Source: Histomonas meleagridis 2922-C6/04-290x
Lineage: Eukaryota > Protista > Parabasalia
Assembly (NCBI GenBank): GCA_020184695.1
Contig: JAANOX010000117.1
Span: 310,001 to 374,000, forward strand
Direction of reading: 5' to 3'
DNA length: 64,000 nucleotides
Below the pieces are notes generated by a model. The model saw only the letters and a program-made list of their open reading frames with translations, did no database searches and was not told where the DNA came from. How positions within the stretch are numbered: the first letter of the stretch is position 1; every line of letters starts with the position of its first letter. The position numbers and the translations under genes are program-made. Shown here piece after piece: positions 31,215 to 42,096 of this stretch.

Positions 31215-33632
31215 ATGCTTCTACCATTTTTTGCTCTAATTGTAAATTGTGAAAGAGTACCCATCAACGGTAGTTACTATACTTGGCCTCAAGGTGATAT
31301 TACATTTAGCAAAGGACAAGATGGTTCCTTAACATTCAAATATACTGGCTCTGCTACAGAATATGGTATGGGTTATGGTATGCCACTTGAAGTAAAAGGT
31401 GGTGATCAATACAAATTTGGTGCAACAGTTAATATGGTTTCAGGTATAGTCAAGATGACAATTGTTCCAGGTGATGAAAATGGTACAACTCTTAGCTGGA
31501 CTCTTGGGACTGCTTCATCAACTAAAACAGGCCAACAAGAAAATTTTGAAACTGTTGTTAATCTTCCACCACGAACACATCGTATCACGTTAAGATTTAC
31601 AGGTGGCCAACCTTCAGAAGGCAAAATCACTAACATATGGTATGAATTTGTCAAACATTATGATGCTCCAGAATCAAATGTCACATTTTCCAATGACAAA
31701 CTCGATATTCAAATTGATGCAGGCACCTTATGTGCCACAGTTTTTGACAAGACGTCAAATCGCACATGGATTAATAACGGAATAAGTGGAAGTTGGTCAG
31801 TTATGGAAGTCTTTACACATTCAGCTAACACCAAAACGTTTCATTTTATGGATGGCTTATCATCATACAACATCACATTTGATCTTAATGATGATGAATT
31901 AAACATTACTTATGATGGCGACCCTGAACTATCCGTTCGACCACCATCTTTTCCTAAAGCGTTTTTAACAGATAAAAGCGATCATATTATCATACCGATA
32001 TATGAAGGTCTTAACATACCTAATGGAGATCCAGTATATACCACCAGCAGTGGTTATCAGAAATACTTTTCTAATCCCATGGGCCAATTATCCATGGCAT
32101 GGTATGGTGTTACTAATAGTAAGTCATCATTAATGTATGTCTTTGATACGCCATATGATGGACATGCTATAGTATCCGTAGGATCTGATGGGTTATATAC
32201 TCTCGGTCCATATTTTGAACTTGAAAAAGGACGTTTTTCATATCAACGGAAAATGCGCGTTTTGTTTTTCTCTGGTAATCATGTTACTATGGCCAAACGT
32301 TATCGAAAGATAGCACAAGAAAAAGGTCTTTTAGTAACCTTTACAGAGAAAGTTAAGAGGAACCCAAACATTGATAAACTTGTTGGAGGAGCTCTTACGT
32401 ATGTAATGGGCTCTTGGAAAACATCACGTATTGACTTATTTAAGGAAATGAAAAGTTTAGGTATCCAACGTATAGTAAATGCTATGGGATCAGGAAAAGA
32501 ATACATAGATTATCCCGAAAACAACTTAAGTGATATCTTAATTAGTACATATGATATATATCAAGACACAAGTATATATGAATATTACGAAAAAGGTTGG
32601 ATATCATGGAATGATCGTTGGATTAAAGAAGCATATCCTAATGATCTCTTCGTGAACTCTGAAGGTGAATTACTTACTGCATGGAGTGTCCAAAACTTAT
32701 CAAACCCAAGTCAAATGGTTGATTGTTATTGTCCATGTGATGCACGTATACCATATTATGCGAAGTTACGATATGAAGATGAATTAGCACGAAACCTTTC
32801 ATATGGAGCTCGATTTATTGATGGCGCAATGGCGACATACTTTAGAGAATGTTATAGCGATAGTCATCCATTAACGAAAAGAGAATCGAAAGATAAAAAA
32901 ATAGAATTGTTAAAATATTATCATGAAAACGAACATGGATTATTAGTCACAGGGAGTGAAGATGGTAAAGATATCGCAATTCCTTATTGTGATTATTTCG
33001 AAGGTATGATGAGTCCAGGCGCTTATAGAGTTCCAGGGTCAGGACGAAACTTAGAACAATATTTTTATGAAGCACCAGAAGCACAAATTCGATCAATGTT
33101 GAATGAAAGTTTACGAGTTCCTTTATTTGAGTTAGTTTATCATGATTGTGTTGTTAGTTATTGGTATTGGTGTGATCATAATAGTAAAGTTATTCCATTA
33201 TGGGATAAACGAGATTTATTTAATCGACTTTATGGTACACCGCCAATGTTTTTATTTAATTCTGACTTTTGGGATAAATATAAAGAACGATTCGCAAAGT
33301 CATATCAAGTTGCAGAACCTGTCTCAAGATTAGCAGGTTATGCAGAAATGACTGACCATATATATTTGACTGAAGATATGACAGTGCAGCAGACGGTGTT
33401 CAGTAACGACGTAAGTGTAATAGTAAACTTCGGAACAAAGGGATATGATACAATTTATGGGAATCGTGTCGAAGCAATGGACTCAATAATTTATGAAAAC
33501 TTTTCGAAACTTAAAATCGCCACGAGTATGCCCGGTTGGATCGTTGGTGTAATTGTTGGAGTTGTGCTGGCATTCGTTGCTGGCGTGTGCGTATTTATTA
33601 TGATTAAGATGTCTAAAACGGATCAACAATAA
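31215..33632 (+). CDS. Type I membrane glycoside hydrolase, GH129-like (alpha-N-acetylgalactosaminidase-like), with an N-terminal CBM-like beta domain
   Basis: Signal peptide MLLPFFALIVNC; FIDG....RECY...HP.TKRE, VTGSEDG.D.AIP.CD.FEG, VPLFELVYHDCVV, LYGTPP, M.DH..L..D..VQQTVFSN.V.V.VNF; C-terminal TM. Confidence 0.7.
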   Translation: MLLPFFALIVNCERVPINGSYYTWPQGDITFSKGQDGSLTFKYTGSATEYGMGYGMPLEVKGGDQYKFGATVNMVSGIVKMTIVPGDENGTTLSWTLGTASSTKTGQQENFETVVNLPPRTHRITLRFTGGQPSEGKITNIWYEFVKHYDAPESNVTFSNDKLDIQIDAGTLCATVFDKTSNRTWINNGISGSWSVMEVFTHSANTKTFHFMDGLSSYNITFDLNDDELNITYDGDPELSVRPPSFPKAFLTDKSDHIIIPIYEGLNIPNGDPVYTTSSGYQKYFSNPMGQLSMAWYGVTNSKSSLMYVFDTPYDGHAIVSVGSDGLYTLGPYFELEKGRFSYQRKMRVLFFSGNHVTMAKRYRKIAQEKGLLVTFTEKVKRNPNIDKLVGGALTYVMGSWKTSRIDLFKEMKSLGIQRIVNAMGSGKEYIDYPENNLSDILISTYDIYQDTSIYEYYEKGWISWNDRWIKEAYPNDLFVNSEGELLTAWSVQNLSNPSQMVDCYCPCDARIPYYAKLRYEDELARNLSYGARFIDGAMATYFRECYSDSHPLTKRESKDKKIELLKYYHENEHGLLVTGSEDGKDIAIPYCDYFEGMMSPGAYRVPGSGRNLEQYFYEAPEAQIRSMLNESLRVPLFELVYHDCVVSYWYWCDHNSKVIPLWDKRDLFNRLYGTPPMFLFNSDFWDKYKERFAKSYQVAEPVSRLAGYAEMTDHIYLTEDMTVQQTVFSNDVSVIVNFGTKGYDTIYGNRVEAMDSIIYENFSKLKIATSMPGWIVGVIVGVVLAFVAGVCVFIMIKMSKTDQQ

Positions 33633-33860
33633 ACAATAAAACACAACAATAAAACATGAAAATGAAAAAAAAAAAATAATAATTTTATATTTTGATTGTT
33701 TAATCAATTATATTTTTTTTACAATAGTTTTTGCTATATAATTCCATGAAAGAAAATTAATAAAAATTTCATTAAAGAATATACTAAAAAATTTTAACAT
33801 AAATATTTCTAAAATGTGATTTTTATTTCATTAATAATTTGATTTTATATTAATATTATA

Positions 33861-35708
33861 TTATATTTGGATATCAAAATTTTCTTCTTTGAAATCCTTC
33901 GCAAATGGGTCTTCTTCAATGTTTTGAAGTGAATATCCTGTCACAAATGTATCAACGTTTTCTTGTTCTTCATATTCTTCTTCTTCTTTTATTTCATATT
34001 CTTTATTCTTTTCGTTTTGATGCGTTTTTTTATATTTTATTACGATAAAAATAACAATTAGAATAATTACAATAACAATAATTATAATTACAATAACAAC
34101 ACAAATTATAATGACAATAGTGTCGTTATCATTCGTTTGTGTTTCATTCTGATAATAACTTGTATAAGAATAATTTTGATAAAATGAATTTGATTTCGTA
34201 AATGTATTTGAATTAGTAAATGTATTTGATAATGAAAATGAATTTGATTTCGTAAATGTATTTGAATTAGTAAATGTATTTGATAATGAAAATGAATTTG
34301 ATTGAGAAAATGTTTGTGTTGATGGAATGCATTCGTCAATTGTTGTTCCTTTACTAACAGAGAAGCTGCCAAATGTTTCACCATTATATGACGAAGGCAC
34401 CATAACAGATGTAACTGTAACACCAGCAAATCCATTTCCAATTGTTGGTGATTCATTACCATTAAAATAAATACATTTAAGTGATGGACAATAAGAAAAT
34501 GCATAATTTCCAATTGTTTTAACATTTTCGCCAATAAAAAGTGTTTCGAAATTAGAACATGAATAAAATGCATAACTTTCAATAGTTTCAACATTTTCGC
34601 CAAGAATAATCGTTTTGATATTATTACATGATTCAAATGAATGTTCTCCAATTGATATAACTGAATTTGGTATTGTAAATACATTTATTACATTTCCTGG
34701 TGGATAAATAATTAATTTTTCAATATTTTTATCATATAAAATTCCATCATTTTCATAATTAGAAAAATATAAATTTTCTTGAGAAACATAAATAAATTGA
34801 AGTTTTGAACAATATATAAATGGATTTGTTGATATTGATGTGACTGATTTTGGAATTGCAATGTTTTTGATATTAATACAACTTTGAAATGCAAAGTTTC
34901 CAATTGTTGTTAAATCTTCTCCTAATTCAACAATTTCCAAGTTATCACAGCTTGAAAATGCATTTTGTCCAATTGTATATACTAATTTACCAATTTCAAC
35001 TGAAGATAATGAATTCCAATCTGAAAAAGCTGAACTTGGTATTGTATCAATTCCTTCAATGATTAAATGTTGTGCTGAATTTTGATAATTTTGATAATCA
35101 TTTGAAAAATCTGTTTCAGAATTTATTCTTAATGTTCGATTTTTATTAAAATAAACAAATTGAAATGAATTTTTGATAAATAAAATAAATATTAATGAAA
35201 TGATTCAAATGTTACATTTTGTTTTGTTGATATTATATTTTTTAAATGAAGTATTATAAAACATTATAAAGAAAATAAAAAACAAAATAAGAATTATGAA
35301 TATTAATAATTTTAAACCATTTGAGTGCATATTAAAGAAATATTTTAAATAAAAAGAAAAATATATTGTATTTATACTTTTAAGGATGATAAAATTCAAT
35401 TTTGATTTGTTGTGTGTTAAAATAAACATTTTTTTCATTTGGAACATTTCTTTGATCCTAAATAAATTATTTTTAATAAGTGAAAGAAATGAAAAGCCTT
35501 TAGAATTAAAAAGTAATTTTTGAAATACAACGTCAATGTTTTTATTTTTTTTAAGCATATTACATGGAATATGTTTCATAATGCGAATATTTTTATAAAT
35601 TTTGTTGATTTGTGATTTTAGAGTATAAATTTTTTTATTTCTTAAAAAATTTATACTAACACATACAATTTGAGATAGAATCAAAGTTATATAGATGTAC
35701 AATAACAT
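33861..35708 (-). CDS. BspA-like LRR surface protein with one in-frame TGA at 35205-35207
   Basis: ORF 35205..35708 is in frame with an ATG-less open frame continuing to 33861. LRR_5 repeats, SNTFT stalk, TM, EEDPFAKDFKEE tail. Confidence 0.75.
34181..34302. repeat. 54-bp perfect tandem duplication encoding the SNSFSLSNTFTNSNTFTK stalk
   Basis: Unit at 34181-34234 and 34235-34288 plus a partial copy. Confidence 0.9.
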
Positions 35709-36055
35709 ACACTGAATATAACTTGTTTTCTCTTCAACAATGAATTCGATTTCTTAACGGTTATCTATTGTTTGCATCGATGGGTATACCCAAAATTTTT
35801 CATTACACGATCGTTTTGAACCAAAGCTCAAGCTAAAAATCCACAAATTAGGTCGTAAAAAACCAAAGGAAGTCAGCAAATAATTAATTACCTATCTATA
35901 TTCAAATGGGGGTATTTGAAAAGCTATTTGATAACCAAAAGATTTATAAACCCTTTTAAAATGCAAAACCAAAGAGTAGAATAAACATCCAAACACATCG
36001 AACCTCATTCCAAGTATAAAACATTTTACCAAAACGAAACTTAAAAAGATTACTT

Positions 36056-37246
36056 TTAATGATTCTTTGGAACGCTGTCTCTAAGTTTATAGTCGTGGCG
36101 TTGGCACTCTTCTATCAATGTCTTTGCGTGATCTGCCAAGTCCATATCACCTTGAATCAATGTTCCTCTATCAATTCTATACCTACAGTCAGACAAAAGT
36201 AGTTCGTCATCATTAACTTGTTTGCTTGGTCTATTGACAATATCTTTTTGAATATCCCAAGCAAGTTCGTCATTAATAAATAACTTATCACAATAATCAC
36301 CTTTTATAACGGGATTGAACTGTGCCTTTTTCTTCGCTTTCTTGCTTCCTGGCACTATTGGCATTACTCCACCATAAACAGTGGTTGGACGTGATTTGAT
36401 AATTCCATTATGTTTAGATGGTGATGGATTAACATCAACGACAGCAACTAAGTTATGTGTAGTGTCCGCAATCTCTACTGCACCACTTACTTTGACAACA
36501 CGATCACCTTGTAATAATCCAGTAACAGCAATAATCGGAAATTCCCATTCAATGTGTGTGCCATCGGAGAAATCTAACTCAGTAAGTCCCTTTTGGAGAA
36601 TGTCAACACGCGTAATGCCAGGATCAATACCGAAATTAAATCTGGCATGAATATTCCATTTGTTATCTGGTGTGAAGATTTGAATTTGTGACACTGGTGG
36701 GTGGTGGCTTGTTTGTTCTCCATAAATTGTTACTCCGTTATCCCATCTACCAACATATGTTTCACCAAGAACTGGATTCCATGGTTTCTTTTGTTGTAAG
36801 TAAAAATGATATCCTGCGGCAATACCAACACCAATGTATGATAATCTCATAGCTGGATCTGTGGCATTGAAAGCTTTTTCTAAATAAGATTGTGTAAGAA
36901 AACCGAAAAGATCAGCTGATCTTTCAAGAAATGTTCGTGGTTCATTGTATCCTACTGGAAAACTAAATCTTGTTACATCCATTTTGAAGATTGCCATTGT
37001 GAATTTTTTGATCAATTTTCTATTGAGAATTCTCTCAAATTCTTGTTCTTCTTTCGTCATTGGTTTTACACCTTCTTTAGAGTTATTGTTAATGGCGTTG
37101 TATCTTTCACGTGCATAATTATTATCTGGAGGATTGAGTTCTTGGCGTGGAAAAGAAGTATATGATGCATTGTAATAAGGAAGATCTAGTAAGAAACCGA
37201 TTTCTTTGTTTTTATGCGGGGCATCTCCTCTGTTTATAGGGAGCAT
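36056..37246 (-). CDS. Oxysterol-binding protein family (ORD-only)
   Basis: EQTSHHPP signature and KKPWNPVLGETY. First ATG at 37246. Confidence 0.93.
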   Translation of the reverse strand: MLPINRGDAPHKNKEIGFLLDLPYYNASYTSFPRQELNPPDNNYARERYNAINNNSKEGVKPMTKEEQEFERILNRKLIKKFTMAIFKMDVTRFSFPVGYNEPRTFLERSADLFGFLTQSYLEKAFNATDPAMRLSYIGVGIAAGYHFYLQQKKPWNPVLGETYVGRWDNGVTIYGEQTSHHPPVSQIQIFTPDNKWNIHARFNFGIDPGITRVDILQKGLTELDFSDGTHIEWEFPIIAVTGLLQGDRVVKVSGAVEIADTTHNLVAVVDVNPSPSKHNGIIKSRPTTVYGGVMPIVPGSKKAKKKAQFNPVIKGDYCDKLFINDELAWDIQKDIVNRPSKQVNDDELLLSDCRYRIDRGTLIQGDMDLADHAKTLIEECQRHDYKLRDSVPKNH

Positions 37247-38054
37247 CTTGATAAAGTGTTGGCCGATAACCAAAGACGATGCGATCAGCTCAATTTTGTG
37301 ACGTTATATGGTCGATCAAAATTTCAATGATTTTGGTTTGTGATGTTGGACGATAAATGTATTTTTCCGATCAAATTTAACACAAAAAAAACGTTTAGTT
37401 AATTGAACTGTATGAAATGTCAGAAAAGTAAAAAAATTGTGAAACATTGAGTATTGATCGACAAACTGAAATTTCCCTTGCATCATCATCCTAAATTATT
37501 GAAATAACATCAAAATACTTGAATTGTATATCATAATGATAGAATACAATGTAGTTAGAAAATTGATGAAATTGGATTATTGATAACATCTTAAAAAAGA
37601 AACAACCATCATTGAAAGCCAAAAGAAATGATAAATTTACATGAAATTGGTGATAAGAAATTTTGATATTGGAACTTTTGATGATTTATGAAGATTTTTC
37701 TTTTTAACATTGTGACACATAAGATGTCTGCATCCTTGTATATAATTGCTTTGTTAGTGAATAATTATTTGAAAAAAGGAATGATTTAGATTTTTTGATT
37801 TATCTTTGAAATACAAACTTTAATTACGCAAAGTTAAATACCATTTGATGCTTCAGATTTTTCTTTAATGAAACATAAAATTGCTTGTGTGTAACAAAAA
37901 ATTAAAGAGAAGATAAGTGTGAAAATTCCGACCATTTGATTGAAAAACTTGGCATTAAATGGTGTAAACCATTGAAAACTTTCTTTTTTCCATATTCAAA
38001 ATCATTATTTCTGTCAAAAATTAACGTATTCACACTTTTCCCCATCAAAAGAAG

Positions 38055-40001
38055 ATGGGTGCAGGGAAATCTAAAGTAAAAGAAAAAACAGAATATACAT
38101 CTTCTGATGAAAGTACATCTGACGAAATTAGTAATGAATATTCTCAAGAGCAATCATCTTCACAGATTTCTATTGACAATAATAGGCTTGACTTATCCAA
38201 TAAAAACCTAACATCATTTGAGGAAGATTCAGATCAAATATATGATTTAAATTTAGATCATAATCGCATTCAAGATATTCATGTTCTTCCTCCAAATCTT
38301 ACGAATCTTAGTATTGACCTTAATTTGCTTGAAACAATTAATACACAGAATATTTCAATTCAAAAATTTTCATGTAGTTTAAATTTAATCTCGAAATTTA
38401 CAGATAATTCATTTTTTCCATCATTACAAATTCTCAATATTTCACATAACTCACTTACATCTCTTCCAGATTTCAGTAAAGTTGCACCTTCTCTCAAAGT
38501 ATTTGATGGTTCGTTTAATTCAATCCAAACTATACCACAATTTTCCGAACTAATTCAACAAATTATTCTTCACCACAATGAGATCACAGAATTCCCCGAA
38601 CATCTTACACATAATTTACCAAATCTTCGAAATCTTAATTTATCACATAATTCAATTTCATCGATTCCCGATATCAACGAACTCACGACACTTCAAATTC
38701 TTGATTTAAGTCATAATATCATTCGAACTGTTGGGAATTTAACACTTCCTTTACTTTCAAAGGTTTACTTCAGTTACAACAAACTTAAACGTCTTCCGCA
38801 TTTGCACTGCCCCAAAGTTCGCGAGTATTATTTTGCTACTAATCGTATTAAGCATATTCGTCCTAAGAGCTTTTCATTTCGTGCGAACAAGATTGATTTG
38901 TCAGATAACAAAATTATTGAGATTCCAAATGATCGATTTTTCAATCGACTTAAATTACTTGAATATTTTGATATCTCATTTAATCGACTTCAACATTTAC
39001 CCGAAACGATTGAAGTTTCAAACTTATCATTTTTGAATATATCGAATAATCCATTCGAAGAAGTTCCTGATAAGTTCCCCAAATCACTTGAACAGTTAAA
39101 CATTTCGTGTTGTAACCTTACTTCGGTACCAAATTCGCTTATTAACCACGAATTCATTTTTGAAATTATTTCTTCGAATAATTTCATTTCCGAATTTCCA
39201 TACATTAAATCGTTAGAAATTATAAACTTATCGAAAAACAAACTCAAAAACTTTCCGAAGTTCTCTAATCGCATTAAACGCGTTAATTTATCATATAACG
39301 AAATCGAAGAAGTTCCTGAAAATGAAATAACGCAATTAAACATTTCGCATAACAACGTCAAAAATCCAAACAATAATACATTACAAAGTGATTTATTTGG
39401 ATTTTATACATTAAAAAGTCAAAAGGAATTATTCAATGATAAAATGATCATAAATTCGAACTTAAAACTTTTCGGAATATTTAATTGTTCCGATAATAAC
39501 TTAACAAAGTTTAAGTTCCAAAACAATTTACCGATCGAAGAAAACATAAAAAAAATGATCAAAACAATTAAAACATTAAATTTCGTTATATTTAATGTCT
39601 CAATGAAAAATACAATGTATTATAGTATAAATGGAAATTATTATTTGTACGTAATAGATGTGAACAATAAAATCATCGAATTAAGAAATAAATCTGTGCA
39701 ATTAGCAAAAGATTATGTTCAAATGAATGGAAATGTTTCCCCTGAATTATTCGATATATTTAAGGTGAAATTCGTTCCGGTTGTTGAATACATACAACTA
39801 AACGTTGATATGAAATGGATATTAGCTATATCAAAAGAATTAAGAAATATGATAACAAAAAGAAAAATTGAAAAGTTAACAGAGAATGTGGTGAGCGCTG
39901 ATGAATTGGCGTGTAAAATTATGGCTTGCGCTGAGACAAACGCAAAGTTCGGCAACCTGTCAGTGGTCGTGGTCGACGATGCCAAAATTTCCGGTGGTTA
40001 A
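38055..40001 (+). CDS. N-myristoylated LRR protein with a degenerate PP2C-like C-terminal domain
   Basis: MGAGKS start; LxxLxLSxNxL repeats; LFGIFN, WILAISK.L, GNLSVVVVD in PP2C-like order. Confidence 0.8.
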   Translation: MGAGKSKVKEKTEYTSSDESTSDEISNEYSQEQSSSQISIDNNRLDLSNKNLTSFEEDSDQIYDLNLDHNRIQDIHVLPPNLTNLSIDLNLLETINTQNISIQKFSCSLNLISKFTDNSFFPSLQILNISHNSLTSLPDFSKVAPSLKVFDGSFNSIQTIPQFSELIQQIILHHNEITEFPEHLTHNLPNLRNLNLSHNSISSIPDINELTTLQILDLSHNIIRTVGNLTLPLLSKVYFSYNKLKRLPHLHCPKVREYYFATNRIKHIRPKSFSFRANKIDLSDNKIIEIPNDRFFNRLKLLEYFDISFNRLQHLPETIEVSNLSFLNISNNPFEEVPDKFPKSLEQLNISCCNLTSVPNSLINHEFIFEIISSNNFISEFPYIKSLEIINLSKNKLKNFPKFSNRIKRVNLSYNEIEEVPENEITQLNISHNNVKNPNNNTLQSDLFGFYTLKSQKELFNDKMIINSNLKLFGIFNCSDNNLTKFKFQNNLPIEENIKKMIKTIKTLNFVIFNVSMKNTMYYSINGNYYLYVIDVNNKIIELRNKSVQLAKDYVQMNGNVSPELFDIFKVKFVPVVEYIQLNVDMKWILAISKELRNMITKRKIEKLTENVVSADELACKIMACAETNAKFGNLSVVVVDDAKISGG

Positions 40002-40086
40002 TGCCGTAAAGTATTCAATTATTTTGTGTTGATGCGATTTAGTAAAATGTAAAATGTAAAAGATTCTTTTTTGCAAAAAATATTTT

Positions 40087-40640
40087 TTAATAGATTTCAC
40101 ATCCCTTCGAATCTTTTTTTTTTTTTCTTCTTTTTCTAGGACAGCCCTAATTGCTAATTCGAAAACTTCTTTTACACTTGAGTATTTGTCAACAGAGCAT
40201 TCGATATAGCCATAAGCACCAATTTTTTCTTTCATTGCTTCCCCTTGTTGTGTTGTAATTATTTCTTGTGATGAGCTATTATCTTTAAGGTCATTTCTCA
40301 AATTCGCTAGAATGTATGGTACTCCTTTGCAATACTTCCTAATGTCTCTTATCCAAATCTCATCAACATTACGAAAAGATTCTGGAGAAAAAAGGGAAAA
40401 ACATATTATGAAAATATCCGTTTGAGAATATGAAAGTGGTCTGAGCTTATCATATTCTTTTTGATGTGATGTGTCCCATACATTCATATTGATATCAAGC
40501 CCATTAAAAGTAGTTTTAATTATATATGGATCAACGAATTGAACTTAATAATCGTGGTAAAGTTCATGATTTTGATAGACATATGCCAGTTCAGTTTTAC
40601 CAACTGTTTCGTCACCAATAATGACGGACTTTATATGCAT
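40087..40640 (-). pseudogene. Rho/Rac-like GTPase paralog with an in-frame TAA (codon 32) and a poly(A) frameshift before the GCEIY tail
   Basis: MHIKSVIIGDETVGKT...DY*VQFVDPY...VWDTSHQ..RPLSY. A 13-A run at 40114-40126 shifts away DSKGCEIY*. Confidence 0.85.
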
Positions 40641-40785
40641 CTATTAAAGTGTATTTTTCATAAAAACGGTTTATAGTATTTAAAATTTGTGCACTTTTTT
40701 CTATGAAATGTGATGTGTTGGCATTTTTTCCAACATTTTGCATAGCTATGCAAAATTTGTGATGAAATTTGGTTGGGCTCTGATT

Positions 40786-40864
40786 TATCGATAAACCGCT
40801 GATAAATGTCAAAACCGTTATCGATATTTCATCGTTATCAGATATTAATCAGATTTTATCGATA
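40786..40864. promoter_or_regulatory. Cluster of three TATCGATA palindromes upstream of the Rho-like paralog
   Basis: Copies at 40786-40793, 40819-40826, 40857-40864. Confidence 0.4.
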
Positions 40865-41400
40865 TTATTCTGATTAAAAAAATCAGTCGTGAAAATGTTA
40901 AAAAAATATTTTGGATATATCCCATAGGATTCGATGGGTTGGATTTCTGTTTCGATATATATTGAAAAACATATTTAAATATTCGTAACATTTTTTTCGT
41001 GTTGGGTGAATTATTCTTAAAAATAAGTGAGGGATGTGGTAAGTTCAATTTTAAATTAAAATTTGATTTTTTTGAAAATATAACATAGAAGTTCTTGTTC
41101 TTACTGTATGCATTAAAAGTTATATGTTTCATATAACGAAAATGCTAATGTTCTCATTTTTTTCCCCGATTCGCAATTTTTTAAAATAAATTGTTTCGTC
41201 TCTAACGCAACAATTTTTAATGCATACAATTTGAAATACAATAATAATCACATAAATATATGAAAACATGAGGTGAATGTTTATCTTGTTTTGTTTTTCT
41301 TCATTATTCGAACCGGTTTGTATTGAAATTGAATAGTTTATCTTTTATTGAATGAATAACCGTCAATATAAATTATTCTGAAAATAACCGTCACATACAA

Positions 41401-42096
41401 ATGGATGGTGAAAACATTCGATTGATAAGCCATGATGTTAAAAGATTTAACATGGATGTTTCATGTGATAATTTTAAGGGACTTATAATTTCTGATTTAC
41501 ATGTCGGTTATAGATATAAAGTCAAAGATTCTATCAGAATGTTAATGCCTAAAATTCAACAATTGGTTGCAGAAGTTCAACCTACACACTTATTTGTTTT
41601 AGGTGATTTAATTCATATTGGATTTAAGCATATTTTTGTTGGTGATTGGACATATTTATTTCAGAAATTTGAGGGAATCAATGTTGAAACTCACATAATT
41701 CCTGGAAATCATGAAAAATACATGCGTGGTTTAATCAATACATTTTATTCACAACATGGAAAAGTTTACTTTCATAATGTTGAGTTAATGCATTTAACAC
41801 CAACTAACGGCACCAGACCCATCGCCATGGGTCATGACTTGCGAAATGATAACAAAGTTCATTCAAATAGAGGATTAAACAGATGGATTAATTTATTAAG
41901 GACAAGTTTTCCAAGACTTATCGAACCTGATGCACTCCTTATCCTTGGACATACGCACCAAAACTTTATATCTCAAGACAAACTCACGGTTACAATCGAT
42001 ACTTTTTCCGTTGATTATGGAATACAATACTATGGTGTGCTCCAGCCAAACCAAAATCAAGTTCTTGAACTGAGTGTACATGAATTTGATATGTAA
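41401..42096 (+). CDS. Calcineurin-like metallophosphoesterase
   Basis: SDLH, LGDL, GNHE, HD and GHTH motifs in canonical order. aataaccgtca occurs twice upstream. Confidence 0.9.
   Translation: MDGENIRLISHDVKRFNMDVSCDNFKGLIISDLHVGYRYKVKDSIRMLMPKIQQLVAEVQPTHLFVLGDLIHIGFKHIFVGDWTYLFQKFEGINVETHIIPGNHEKYMRGLINTFYSQHGKVYFHNVELMHLTPTNGTRPIAMGHDLRNDNKVHSNRGLNRWINLLRTSFPRLIEPDALLILGHTHQNFISQDKLTVTIDTFSVDYGIQYYGVLQPNQNQVLELSVHEFDM

Noticed and set aside
40545-40547. Alternative genetic code (TAA/TAG/TGA as sense) to explain in-frame stops
   Set aside because: Conserved genes here (RPS19, RPL30, U2AF, DPY30-like) end at TAA at the expected length, TAG and TGA also terminate genes, and many lesions are frameshifts that recoding would not fix.
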